Source of the DNA: Candidatus Binatia bacterium
Lineage (GTDB): Bacteria > Desulfobacterota > Binatia > Bin18
Direction: 5' to 3'
Length of the DNA stretch: 64,000 nucleotides
Assembly: GCA_963666315.2 (NCBI GenBank)
Contig: CAXXHG010000043.1
Span: 416,001 to 480,000, forward strand
The position numbers were made by a program, and so were the translations under genes. The notes beneath the pieces were generated by a model. It worked only from the letters and a program-made list of their open reading frames with translations, was not told the DNA's origin and searched no databases. How positions within the stretch are numbered: the stretch's first letter is position 1; each line of letters begins with the position of its first letter. Below, piece by piece: positions 26,265 to 36,750 of the stretch.

Positions 26265-29200
26265 ATGAAAGCGGTTGCGGAAAACGTGAAGCTAGCCGAG
26301 GTTGAACTCGAAGTCCTGAAGTCTTGGGATGACAACGATATTTTCAAAAAGACGTTGACCAAAACCCAAGGGCAGCAGCCCTTTATTTTCTATGACGGCC
26401 CACCGTTTGCCACGGGCTTGCCGCATTACGGGCATTTATTGGCTGGAACCATCAAAGATATCATTCCCCGTTTTTGGACTATGCGTGGCCGCTATGTTGA
26501 GCGACGGTTCGGCTGGGACTGTCACGGCCTGCCGGTAGAGATGGAAATCGAACAGGCTCTGGGCATAAGCGGAAAAGCGGAAATCGAAAAATTCGGGGTT
26601 GCCAACTTTAACGACGAATGCCGCAAAATTGTGCTGCGTTATACTCAGGAGTGGGAAAAGACCGTCCGCCGAATGGGCCGTTGGGTCGATTTTCGGAACG
26701 ACTACCGCACCATGGATGCCTCCTTTATGGAGACGGTGTGGTGGGTGTTCCAGCAGATGTGGGACAAAGACTTAGTCTATGAAGGATACAAAGTCCTGCC
26801 CTTTTCGACCCGGCTGGGGACGGTATTGTCCAATTTTGAAGCCAATCTGAATTATAAAGACGTTCAAGATCCAGCCCTCACGATCCGGTTTGCCGCTGAG
26901 GGCGAGGAGAACACCTTTTTCATTGCCTGGACGACAACCCCGTGGACGCTGCCGAGTAATCTGGCTTTAGCCGTTGGTTCGGACATCGACTATGTGAAAG
27001 TTCGCGATCATGTGGATAAGAGCTGCTACATCCTGGCTGAGGCCCGACTGAAGGTCTATTTCCCCAAAGATGGCACCTATACCGTTGAAGCCCGCTATCA
27101 AGGCAAAGACCTAGCCGGGCGGTCCTTTGTCCCTCTTTTCCCCTATTTTGCCGAACACAAGCAGGCCGGCGCCTTTCGGGTGATCGAGTCCGAGCACGTC
27201 ACTACAGAAGACGGCACCGGTATCGTACATATTGCCCCTGCCTTTGGCGAAGACGACTTTTATGCCTGCCAAAAGGTGGGTATTCCTCTCGTTAATCCGG
27301 TTGACGATGAAGGACGTTTCACCCAAGCGGTGAGTGATTTTGCGGGCATGCATGTCAAAGAGGCAGACCCCAAAATTATTCAGTATCTGAAACGAGAAAA
27401 GCAACTCGTGCATCAGAGCACGATTAATCATAGCTACCCGTTTTGCTGGCGAAGTGACACGCCACTTATCTATAAGGCGGTGGACACGTGGTTTGTGCGG
27501 GTTGAAGCGTTTCGTGACCGGTTGGTGAGCAATAACCAGCTGATCGCCTGGGTGCCGGATCATCTGCGTGATGGGCGCTTTGGCAATTGGCTCGAAAATG
27601 CGCGTGATTGGGCAATTAGCCGCAATCGGTACTGGGGGACGCCGTTGCCTATTTGGAAAAATGAAGACGGATCTGAAGTCGTCTGTCTGGGCAGTGTGGA
27701 TGAAGTAGCTGAGCGCACGGGAACACGGGTCAACGACTTACACCGCGAATTTGTTGACGATCTCACCTTTCCGGACTCGAGCGGCAATGGTCTCATGCGC
27801 CGCGTCCCCTTCGTGTTTGATTGCTGGTTTGAGAGCGGGTCGATGCCGTACGCTCAGATTCATTACCCGTTTGAGAACAAAGAGGATTTTTCGCGCGTAT
27901 TTCCCGCAGACTTTATCGCCGAAGGGCTGGATATGACACGCGGCTGGTTTTACACTCTGATGGTGGTGGCCTCTGCGCTGTTTGACAAGCCGGCTTTCCA
28001 CAACGTCATCGTCAATGGGCTCGTTCTGGCCGAAGATGGTAAAAAGATGAGCAAGCGGCTTAAGAACTATCCCGAGCCTGAGGAGACAATAGCTGAGCAT
28101 GGGGCTGACGCCCTGCGTCTCTACCTCATTAACTCGCCGCTAGTGCGGGCAGAGGAGCTGCGCTTTAGCGAGCGAGGAGTGCGTGATACTGTCAGACGCT
28201 TACTTCTGCCGTGGTGGAACGCCTATAAATTCTTTGTCACGTATGCCGTAGTTGATGACTGGCGTCCGTCCCAAACGCCGAGCGGCGATTCCCCCAATAT
28301 TTTAGATCGCTGGATACTCTCGCGGAAGCAAACGCTTATCCGCCGAGTGAGTACTGAGATGGAAGAGTATCGGTTATACAATGTCGTTCCCGCGCTGCTC
28401 GACTTTCTGAACGAGTTAACGAATTGGTATGTGCGGCTCAACCGGCGCCGTTTCTGGAGTGAAGACAACGCTGCAGAAAAACAGTTTGCCTATCAGGCCC
28501 TGTATGATGTACTGCTGGCCTTTGCCAAACTGATGGCTCCGTTTACGCCATTTTTTGGCTGATGCCATTTACTGCAACCTTGTCACGCTGCAAGAAACGG
28601 GGGCCGAAGACAGCGTCCATCTAGAGCCTTTCCCCGACTATGATGAACGTCAGGTTGACGTTCAGCTCGAAGATGCGGTGACGCGGATGCAACGCGTGAT
28701 TCTGCTCGGTCGGAGTCTGCGCAACGAGCGCAAAGTCAAAGTGCGTATCCCCCCTCCAAACCCTGACTATTCTTCATCGCCAGCAGCCGATCCTGGATGA
28801 ATTACGTCCTTTGGCGGGCTATATCCGGGAAGAGTTAAATGTCAAAGAAATTATCTACAGCACGGCTGAAGATGAAAAAATCACTCTGAGTGCAAAGCCC
28901 AACGCCCAGCTGCTAGGCCCGCGCTTTGGGAAGACGTTCGGGCAGGTGCGCAAGCGGATTGCCGATCTTGCCGCGGACCAGATGCTCGCGCTTGAGGCTG
29001 GTGATTCGATTCAATTGGACGGCGAGACGTTCCAGCCCAATGAGATTCAGATCCTACGCGCAGCACGGGAAGGGGCGCAAAAATGGACAAGACATACAGG
29101 ATGTCCGGTCGGATCGATTTATCTCGATCGATTTTCCATGTGAGTTGAACAATGCCCTGATTGCTGAAGGACTCGCCCGCGAAGTCGTGCACCATATCCA

Positions 29201-29423
29201 ACAGCTGCGCAAGGAAGCTGGTTACCATGTTGAGGATCGCATTGCCGTGACCTATGAAGCCGACGGCCGCCTGCTCGATGCGATCACACAACACAAGACG
29301 TATATCCAGCAAGAGACCCTGGCGCGCGTGCTTGATCAAACGCAGCCCAGCGGAGACAAAGTGGACAGTGTGAAGATTGATGGGGCAGCGCTCACCGTTG
29401 GAGTGCAGCGCGAGAGCGTGTGA
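26265..29423 (+). CDS. ileS: Isoleucine-tRNA ligase type 2, split by three homopolymer +1 frameshifts (~28555, ~28752, ~29082)
   Basis: DGPPFATGLPHYGH, GWDCHGLP, WTTTPWTLPSN, DWAISRNRYWGTP, KMSKR, C-terminal EGLAREVV..IQQLRK. Confidence 0.97.
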
Positions 29424-29429
29424 GTGCTG

Positions 29430-29931
29430 ATGCGCAAGAAGACTCGCCTTGCCCTCTTGATTGTGGGCGTTATTTTTGCTCCTTGATCAAGCAAGCAAAG
29501 CGCTCGTCGTACGCCATATGGCGCTGTATCAATCAGAGCCCATTGTCGCGTCCTTTTTTCATCTTACCTATGTCCGCAATACCGGTGCGGCGTTCGGATT
29601 CTTGGCCCAAACACCAGCCTGGTTTCGACAGCCATTCTTTTTGGGTACGACGGTGGTTGCCGTTTTTGCCCTTGGGATATTTTTACGTAATGCGGACGAA
29701 ACCGACCGTATGACCAATATCGCGGGCGCGACAATCTTGGGGGGAGCGCTGGGAAATATGGTAGACCGTATCCAAGATGGTTCTGTGATAGACTTCCTTG
29801 ATTTTCACTGGCATGGTTATCATTGGGCGGCGTTTAATGTGGCTGACACGTGTATTACGTTAGGCGTTATTGGGCTGCTTGTGTCGTTTCGCAATCAGCG
29901 TGTCGTTTCGAATGACGAAACCGTTCCTTGA
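29430..29931 (+). CDS. lspA: Lipoprotein signal peptidase, frameshift in poly-T near 29475
   Basis: DQASK, NTGAAFG, GGALGNMVDR, VIDF, FNVAD; conserved ileS-lspA order. Confidence 0.95.
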
Positions 29932-30029
29932 TATTGACCCGGTAGAAGGTGCCGATAACAGTAGGAAAGGTAATTCCTGCCCAGACCACACGAGCGGGAA
30001 TTACACGGATTTTTTTTAGGAGGTGTTGG

Positions 30030-30369
30030 ATGACAGTGAAGATAAGAACGGGCAGTCTCTTGGTCATTGCGGTGTTTGCCCTGAGTGCCTGCTCACAGCC
30101 ACTCTCAACGCGTGAGAAGGGGACATTAGCTGGGGCAGGCCTAGGTGCGGCAACCGGCGCGATTATTGGGGCGATGGTCGGCAGCCCCTGGGGCGGGAGC
30201 GGCCATAGGCGGCGCCCTTGGCAGTGTGACCGGTGCGGTGGTGAGTGATAAAATACAAAGCCAAGAAACGCAACAGACTGAGCAGCAGCGGCAGCTTGAA
30301 CAGCAACGACACGAGATCGAGCAACAACGTCGAGAGCTCGAAGATCTCAAACGACAACAAGAATACTAG
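30030..30369 (+). CDS. Glycine-zipper lipoprotein (frameshift near 30190)
   Basis: Lipobox LSAC; GAGLGAATGAIIG..GAAIGGALG; Gln/Glu coiled-coil tail; AGGAGG RBS. Confidence 0.8.
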
Positions 30370-30388
30370 ACACGAGAAAGCATTGGCT

Positions 30389-31099
30389 ATGAAAAAGGCA
30401 GTTCTGCATGGGTGTGTTTTAATGCTCGTCCTCGTGGTTGGTTGTTCACAGCCTTTATCGACGCGTGAGAAGGGGACATTAGCTGGAGTAGGCCTGGGTG
30501 CCGCAGCTGGCGCGATCATTGGGGCGGCGCTCGGCAGCCCCGGAGCGGGAGCGGCTATTGGCGGCACCCTTGGCGGCGTGACTGGTGCGGTGGTGGGTGA
30601 CCGGTTTCAAAAACGGGATAATGAAATCGCAGGCAATGAGCAACAGATTGAGCAGCGACGACAAGAAATCACCCGCAACCGTCGCCTCCTCGAAGAGCTG
30701 AAGAAACGGAATCTTGAGGCGCGCGAGACCGAGCGTGGAGTGGTGGTGAATCTGCCCGATGTCTTGTTCGAATTCGGCCAGTCCGATTTGACGAAGGATG
30801 CGCGTATCCACGTTCAGAGCATTGCCGAGGTACTGAATAATCAGGCCAATGGACGCCGCGTATCGGTTGAGGGTCATACCGACTCCGTTGGGAGCGACGA
30901 GGCGAACCAACGGCTGTCGCAACGACGTGCCGACGGCGTCGCGGGTACGTTAGCCGCAGCCGGTGTGGACCAGGGACGCATTGCCACAACCGGCTATGGC
31001 GAGCGCTATCCGGTCGCACCGAACACAAATCCGGACGGGTCGGATAACTCATCTGGGCGGGCCAAGAATCGCCGCGTTGAAGTCGTAATCGAGAACTAG
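30389..31099 (+). CDS. OmpA-family lipoprotein with glycine zipper
   Basis: Lipobox VVGC; VLFEFG, VEGHTDSVG, NQRLSQRRA, GYGE, NRRVE. Confidence 0.93.
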   Translation: MKKAVLHGCVLMLVLVVGCSQPLSTREKGTLAGVGLGAAAGAIIGAALGSPGAGAAIGGTLGGVTGAVVGDRFQKRDNEIAGNEQQIEQRRQEITRNRRLLEELKKRNLEARETERGVVVNLPDVLFEFGQSDLTKDARIHVQSIAEVLNNQANGRRVSVEGHTDSVGSDEANQRLSQRRADGVAGTLAAAGVDQGRIATTGYGERYPVAPNTNPDGSDNSSGRAKNRRVEVVIEN

Positions 31100-31204
31100 C
31101 GAGGAGTTTTTCGATTTCAGCAGGTCTTGCAGGTCTTGGATGAGGGGTGTATCACCCGGCGGGCGAGAGATGACGGAGATTCTTCACGGCGCTGAGAATG
31201 GAAT

Positions 31205-32647
31205 CTACAACACTTCCTCTTCGATGTTTGAAGCGGACTTACCACCAGAGTCTGCAGACTCCGCTGCCGTGGCCTCTTCCTCTTCCGGTTGTTCCCAAAA
31301 ATCCGCCGGCTTTTTGTTAAGCTGAGAGAAGACGTAATCACGCAGGGTGAAGACGGTCTTTCCACCTTCTTGCATGGCAAACCGTTTTTCGGTCCCATCT
31401 ACCATCGTTTGTCCTAATAGCACTGTCGAAAGGCGTTCTCCGTCTTCATCGGACGCAATCAAGGTGAGAGCCGGAGTATCGAGTCCATAGGTGCTTAAGT
31501 CATCTGGATTATCTGCCGCAATTTCAAACCCACGCAGCTCTCGCAGGTCTGCAATGAACTGGCTGAGTGTCGCGGTTTTGAGTGTTCCTTCCTGTGTTGT
31601 ATCGATTTCCCATTTATTCTCAGCCCCGTGCGTAATGGTGAAGTCTCCTCCGTCCTGTCGTCTGACTTCGACTTTCTCGATTTTCTCTTCGGGAATACTG
31701 GCGACGGTCTTATCTCGAAAATCATTGACCGCTTTGCTGAGGTCTTTGAGAATCCCTGCGCGGATGAGATACAGAGTCTCTCCGTCATCCCGTTTGACGT
31801 AGCGTTGGATCGCCCTAGCACCTGCTGCTTTTTCATTACCAATAGAGATGGTTTGCGTTGTGTCTGCCCCGATTTGCAATGAAACAGTAAGTTGAGCAGG
31901 ATCAAGACCAAAGTCTGACATTTCAAGCAGCGGCTGCTCTATGAAGTCTTCTGCCCGCATGCCCTGCAGGGTAGAAAGATAGTTGAGGACTGCTGCCGCC
32001 TCTGCTGTGTACGCAGCGGGCTGTTCGAGGGTCCAGCCAGTGTCAGCGTATGCGAGGACAATATTTTCTTCTGGACCGCTGATTGCGATTTTTTTGACAT
32101 CGGTGCTCACGAACGGGAGAATAGTTTTGTCTCGTAGCTCTTTGACTTGCTTGATCATTCCCAGGCGGAACGCCTGGCGGGTCAAGTGGAGTTGAGGGTC
32201 CCCTTCTTTTTGGACATAGGCCGAGTAGCCAACCGGGGTGTCTTTGCCGATCGAGAGCTGCGGGAGTTTCGTCCCGTCGTTCAGAGCGAGCTGTATTCTG
32301 ACCAGGGGTTCATCCAGCCCGTACAGGGCGGGATCTGCTGCTGCATCAGGATCAAGATGGCGCGTCACCTCTTCATCCGCCAGCGTATTGAGCATATTAT
32401 CGACGGTGATTTTGTCTGCTTTGGCTTGTATCGGCTCAATAATATCCCACCCGGCTGGCGCGACCTGTTTCAAGCGAATCGTCCGATCCGGATATATCAG
32501 TGTGAAGGTATCGACGGCGTCTTTCTCAAAGGTGAGAATGGTTTCCTTTTTTGCATCCCGTTCGGCTTGGGGTAAGTCAATAAAATAGACATACGCGCCC
32601 AAAGCCGCCAGCATGACAACCATCACTATGGCTTTTGGTAGACTCAT
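31205..32647 (-). CDS. DUF4340 domain protein (three repeats)
   Basis: N-terminal TM; repeated YGL/FGLD-P motif with L.IG; RDKT linkers; follows GldG-like gene. Confidence 0.85.
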   Translation of the reverse strand: MSLPKAIVMVVMLAALGAYVYFIDLPQAERDAKKETILTFEKDAVDTFTLIYPDRTIRLKQVAPAGWDIIEPIQAKADKITVDNMLNTLADEEVTRHLDPDAAADPALYGLDEPLVRIQLALNDGTKLPQLSIGKDTPVGYSAYVQKEGDPQLHLTRQAFRLGMIKQVKELRDKTILPFVSTDVKKIAISGPEENIVLAYADTGWTLEQPAAYTAEAAAVLNYLSTLQGMRAEDFIEQPLLEMSDFGLDPAQLTVSLQIGADTTQTISIGNEKAAGARAIQRYVKRDDGETLYLIRAGILKDLSKAVNDFRDKTVASIPEEKIEKVEVRRQDGGDFTITHGAENKWEIDTTQEGTLKTATLSQFIADLRELRGFEIAADNPDDLSTYGLDTPALTLIASDEDGERLSTVLLGQTMVDGTEKRFAMQEGGKTVFTLRDYVFSQLNKKPADFWEQPEEEEATAAESADSGGKSASNIEEEVL

Positions 32648-32669
32648 GGTTTCAAAGAGAACAAACGTA

Positions 32670-34220
32670 CTAACGGCGTCGCCACCAACTGGCGAGTCCA
32701 GCAATGAGCAAAATCTCCGGCAGGATCAGTACCGACAGGTAAAAGACCTTCGTCTCTTGCTCGGGTGTAAGCTGGATCTTTGAAGCACGCAGGGTCCGGG
32801 GGCGAATCGAGATGAGTTCTTCTTCGCCAACCAACCAGCTGATCGTGTTGAGCAGTAAGTCACGATTGAAATACTGGCTAATGCGCTGATTATTGGCAAA
32901 GCTGGCATTGCCGAACACGACCATACGAGCAGTCTCTTCGAGTTCTTCTCCCATTTCTTTGAGGTCGGCCGTTACTGCAGCTGCCAGGGAAATCGGGCCT
33001 TTGCGGTCCTGGTCGTCAAGGCTCACGGTTTGTTTTTGAAATACTTCTTCCAGGTTTGTTTCCGCCCAAGAACTTGGTTTGGTCTGGACTAAGCTGGTCA
33101 GTGTCACGCCAGCAATGCCATCCGCGTCCGCTTCAACCGAGCGTGAAAGTCCGTAGGCGGTGAGAGCCGCGGAACCACGACGACTGAGGTCTGCGGTAAT
33201 TGGATGTGCCCCATATGTATGCGCAAATGGGGTGAGTGTGAATGTCCGGCCGCGTAAGAGTTGCAGTCGCTGGTCAACAATGACGTCATTGCCAATCTTG
33301 ACGCCCCACTGAGCAAGATACGGGACCAATTCCGGGGTCGTTCGCGGGCTCAACAAAAAGAGAGCAGCTCCCGCTTGTTTGAGATAGGCATCGATGAGCT
33401 GCATTTCATGTTCGAGCAAGGACCGCTGGGCACCCGCAACGATAAGCAGGTTGGTTTCGCTTGGAACGGTTTGGTCGGGTGAAAGGACTAGGGTGTTGAC
33501 CACATAGCCCTCGTTTTCCAGAGCTGTTTTGAGCTGCCCGTAGCCCCCGGCGTCTTGGAGGTCGCTGATATCCGGTTCCCCGTGGCCCTCGATAAAGTAC
33601 ACGGTTTTCTTGTCCGGCCGGGTCACTTTGATGATGCCATTAGTGAGCTCTTCTTCTGAGACCTGATTGACAACGTTGGTACTCTCCCCATAGCGTAAAA
33701 CAATAGCCGGCATGGTGCTGATCTGGAATCGTTCGGCTAAATCCGGGCGTTGGTCAGGGTCGATGATGCGAAAAGAGATTTTCTCAGAAACATACTCATA
33801 GTTGCTCAGCAGTTCCCGCAGTTGCGGGTCGGATCCAGCTTGGACAAAGGCATCAATTTCCAAGGTCTTGTCCAATCGACGCAGTACGTTTTCAGACTGT
33901 TGAGACAGGCTATAGACGCCGGCTTCAGTGAGATCAAAACGGTGGTGATGGCGGGTAGAGAGATAATTGACGAGTACCAGAATGGCCAGAAAGAGCAGCG
34001 AATAAAACGCGGCGCCGGCTCCGTATTTGGTCGAGCGCTCACCCAAAAACGTCTTGATTGATCTTTTGGACGAGACCAGCGTGGCCCCTACCGTAATCAG
34101 GCCGGTCAGGGTATGAACAATGACATAGACAGACAGCTGGCGAGTCAGGTAATAGGCTATTCCCGCAAATAAGAGGAGAATGACTCCAACCACCCCGTAA
34201 AACGAACTCAGACGTGCCAT
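32670..34220 (-). CDS. GldG-family ABC transporter auxiliary protein
   Basis: RFDLTE..YSLS, IDPD, YFIEGHGE, NRDLLLN.ISWL, C-terminal TM + WWRRR. Confidence 0.88.
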   Translation of the reverse strand: MARLSSFYGVVGVILLLFAGIAYYLTRQLSVYVIVHTLTGLITVGATLVSSKRSIKTFLGERSTKYGAGAAFYSLLFLAILVLVNYLSTRHHHRFDLTEAGVYSLSQQSENVLRRLDKTLEIDAFVQAGSDPQLRELLSNYEYVSEKISFRIIDPDQRPDLAERFQISTMPAIVLRYGESTNVVNQVSEEELTNGIIKVTRPDKKTVYFIEGHGEPDISDLQDAGGYGQLKTALENEGYVVNTLVLSPDQTVPSETNLLIVAGAQRSLLEHEMQLIDAYLKQAGAALFLLSPRTTPELVPYLAQWGVKIGNDVIVDQRLQLLRGRTFTLTPFAHTYGAHPITADLSRRGSAALTAYGLSRSVEADADGIAGVTLTSLVQTKPSSWAETNLEEVFQKQTVSLDDQDRKGPISLAAAVTADLKEMGEELEETARMVVFGNASFANNQRISQYFNRDLLLNTISWLVGEEELISIRPRTLRASKIQLTPEQETKVFYLSVLILPEILLIAGLASWWRRR

Positions 34221-34224
34221 GCGA

Positions 34225-34995
34225 TTACCTCCAGCGCAGCGATTCAACCGAACGCTGGGTTAAGAACAAGGACAGCAGGATGAGACTCATAAAGTAGACC
34301 AAATCTCGCGTGTCAACGACTCCTTTGACCATCTCGGCAAAGTGTTCTGTGGCCGACAGATAGCGCAACACCGGCCCGAGAATATCTCCGGCCGTGTCAG
34401 CTGGCCAGCCGATGATGTATAGCAGCAGGGTGGCCACCAACGCGCTGACGGCGGCAATGATCTGGTTTTCCGTGAATGATGAGGTCAACAGCCCGACGGC
34501 TGCAAAGGCTGTGGCCAGGAGGAGCAGCCCGAGATAGCTTGCCAGCATGACGCCGATTTCCGGATTTCCGAATACCATCAGGACGAGCGGATAGACCCCG
34601 GTCATACCGATCATGATGCAGATGAACAGGAAACAAGCGAAAAATTTCCCTAAAACAATTTCTCCGGCGCGTAAGGGAGAGGTCAGCAATAATTCATACG
34701 TCCCGTCTTTTTTCTCCTCGGCGTACGCCCGCATGGTGATCATGGGCACGAGGATGACGAGAATGATGGACAGGTTATGCATTAACGGAGAGATGACAAA
34801 GTCGTTGAGATTTAACTGGTCCGCCGCTCCTTGCTGCAATTGAGTGTAGATGCGGAGGAGCAGATTAAACCGCGACAGGAGGTTAAAGAAAAACCAGCCA
34901 CCCAAGAGTAAAAATCCGGTCAGTACGACATAGGCAACGGGTGAGACAAAATAGGAGTGCAGCTCTTTGCGAACAATCGTGAGCACATTTCTCAT
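34225..34995 (-). CDS. ABC-2 permease (GldF-like)
   Basis: KELHSYFVSPVAY, TMRAYAEEKKDGTYELLLTSP, ENQIIAA. Confidence 0.9.
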   Translation of the reverse strand: MRNVLTIVRKELHSYFVSPVAYVVLTGFLLLGGWFFFNLLSRFNLLLRIYTQLQQGAADQLNLNDFVISPLMHNLSIILVILVPMITMRAYAEEKKDGTYELLLTSPLRAGEIVLGKFFACFLFICIMIGMTGVYPLVLMVFGNPEIGVMLASYLGLLLLATAFAAVGLLTSSFTENQIIAAVSALVATLLLYIIGWPADTAGDILGPVLRYLSATEHFAEMVKGVVDTRDLVYFMSLILLSLFLTQRSVESLRWR

Positions 34996-35750
34996 TCCGA
35001 CGCCTCCTCAATCGCCGTAGCGCTCTCCACAATCTCACCAGAGTCTTCTTGCGCAATGGCGTGGAGAAAAACGTCTTCGAGGGTCTGACCCTGGGTCAGA
35101 TTTTCGATCATGTCTTCAACCACAACTCTGCCGGCGCTGATGATAACGACTTTTTCACACACTTGGACGACTTCCGGCAGGATGTGGGTGGAGAGTATAA
35201 CTGTATGTTCGCCGGCAAGCTCCTTAATCAGATTGCGTATGCCGATGATCTGCTGTGGGTCAAGGCCGACTGTGGGCTCGTCGAGAACCAGCACGTCCGG
35301 GTTATGGATAATGGCCTGGGCCAGACCGACCCGCTGACGATAGCCTTTGGAAAGATAGCCGGTGACTCGGTCAGCAACGTCAGTCAAGCCGCAGCGGTTG
35401 AGGACCCGATCCAGCGCATCTGGGATAGCTGCGCGCGCCATGCCTTTGATCCGCGCCACAAATCGCAGATAGGCGGTGACCACCATATCATTATACAGCG
35501 GCGGGGCTTCCGGTAGGTAGCCGATGCGTTTGCGTGCCTCAAACGAGTCATCAAAGATGTCAAACCCAGCGACTTTGACCGTTCCTGTCGTTGCCGGCAT
35601 GAAACCGGTAATGACCCGCATGGTGGTGGTTTTTCCGGAGCCGTTCGGTCCCAAAAATCCGAGAATCTGACCTGACTCGACCCGGAAAGAGACCTCTGAT
35701 ACGGCAGTCAAGTCGCCATAACGTTTAGTGAGATTTTGGACTTCTATCAT
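34992..35750 (-). CDS. ABC transporter ATP-binding protein (GldA-like)
   Basis: GPNGSGKTT, LSKGYRQRVGLA, LDEPT.GLDP, STHIL. Confidence 0.93.
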   Translation of the reverse strand: MIEVQNLTKRYGDLTAVSEVSFRVESGQILGFLGPNGSGKTTTMRVITGFMPATTGTVKVAGFDIFDDSFEARKRIGYLPEAPPLYNDMVVTAYLRFVARIKGMARAAIPDALDRVLNRCGLTDVADRVTGYLSKGYRQRVGLAQAIIHNPDVLVLDEPTVGLDPQQIIGIRNLIKELAGEHTVILSTHILPEVVQVCEKVVIISAGRVVVEDMIENLTQGQTLEDVFLHAIAQEDSGEIVESATAIEEASE

Positions 35751-36071
35751 GATCTTTAGTGTGTGTTGGAATGAGCGAGGGTTGGTGGCAATAATAAATT
35801 TTTTGCTGTTGGCAGCAATATTTAAGGCCCGTTTCCTCTCTTGTCAAGCGGGCGAAGAAAAAAGCGCTTTGCCTGACGGTATTGGACGTAGAAAATCCAC
35901 AGACATTCAGATTACTTATCTTACCCCCTGTCCTTGACTAGCGGCCTATGCCTGGGGAGTTCCACGGGGCGAAAGCTCTCGATATCATCGGGGGATGCTT
36001 CTCAGCTCCGTATCGTTTGTGCTGAATAGAATATCCTGATTAACGTCTCACTCTAAGGATGCTGGAAAACG

Positions 36072-36644
36072 GTGGAAATAAGCGACTGGGAACTGGTTCG
36101 GCGCTGCAAGCACGATGATCGGCAGGCATTCCGTGAACTGGTGGAACGCTATCAGCGGAAAGTCGGGGCCATTGCGCTCGGAATGCTGCATGATCGTGAA
36201 GACGCCCTTGATGTTGCCCAAGAAGCGTTTACCAAGGTTTTTACTAACATCCACAAGTTTAAGGAAGAATCAAGTTTTTACACCTGGCTCTACCGGATTG
36301 TGGTGAATTTGGCGATTGATCGGCAGCGCCAACGAAGCCGTAGAGCCGTGTTCGAGCGACGTCAGTCAGGGGGAGAAGACGATGGAGATTGGATTGAGAG
36401 TATCCCCGACCGGGACGGACTTGACCCATCGGACCAAGTTGCCGATAGAGAACGTGGACAACGAATTCGGGCGGCGATCGACGAGTTGACGCCTGTGCAT
36501 AGAGCGGTCATATTACTAAGAGCCGTCGAAGGACTATCCTACGAAGAGATCGGCCAAGTGTTACAGTGTTCCAGGGGGACCGTAATGAGCCGCCTGCACT
36601 ATGCCAGGAAGAGCCTGGAAGCACGCTTGCCGCGTGATATCTAA
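36072..36644 (+). CDS. ECF RNA polymerase sigma factor
   Basis: AFRELVERY, DVAQEAF, FYTWLYRI, GLSYEEI..GTVMSRLHYAR. Confidence 0.93.
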   Translation: MEISDWELVRRCKHDDRQAFRELVERYQRKVGAIALGMLHDREDALDVAQEAFTKVFTNIHKFKEESSFYTWLYRIVVNLAIDRQRQRSRRAVFERRQSGGEDDGDWIESIPDRDGLDPSDQVADRERGQRIRAAIDELTPVHRAVILLRAVEGLSYEEIGQVLQCSRGTVMSRLHYARKSLEARLPRDI

Positions 36645-36750
36645 CCAACCACAATTTCCCCACGTATGATCTACATCCACTTAGACCTGTTGTTTTCCTC
36701 TCGTCCCCCTTGTGGAAGGCCGACAACACCATAAGACCGGAAGATGGCGT

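Noticed and set aside
12684-35750. Complete gliding-motility machinery (Agl-Glt or Bacteroidota Gld)
   Set aside because: No FHA/TonB_C GltG/J, outer-membrane Glt barrels or GldK-N/Spr genes; only generic family-level resemblance.
35935-36010. GGGGCGAAAGCTCT tetraloop hairpin as a c-di-GMP riboswitch
   Set aside because: Only one GNRA stem; the second stem and conserved GEMM context are not evident.
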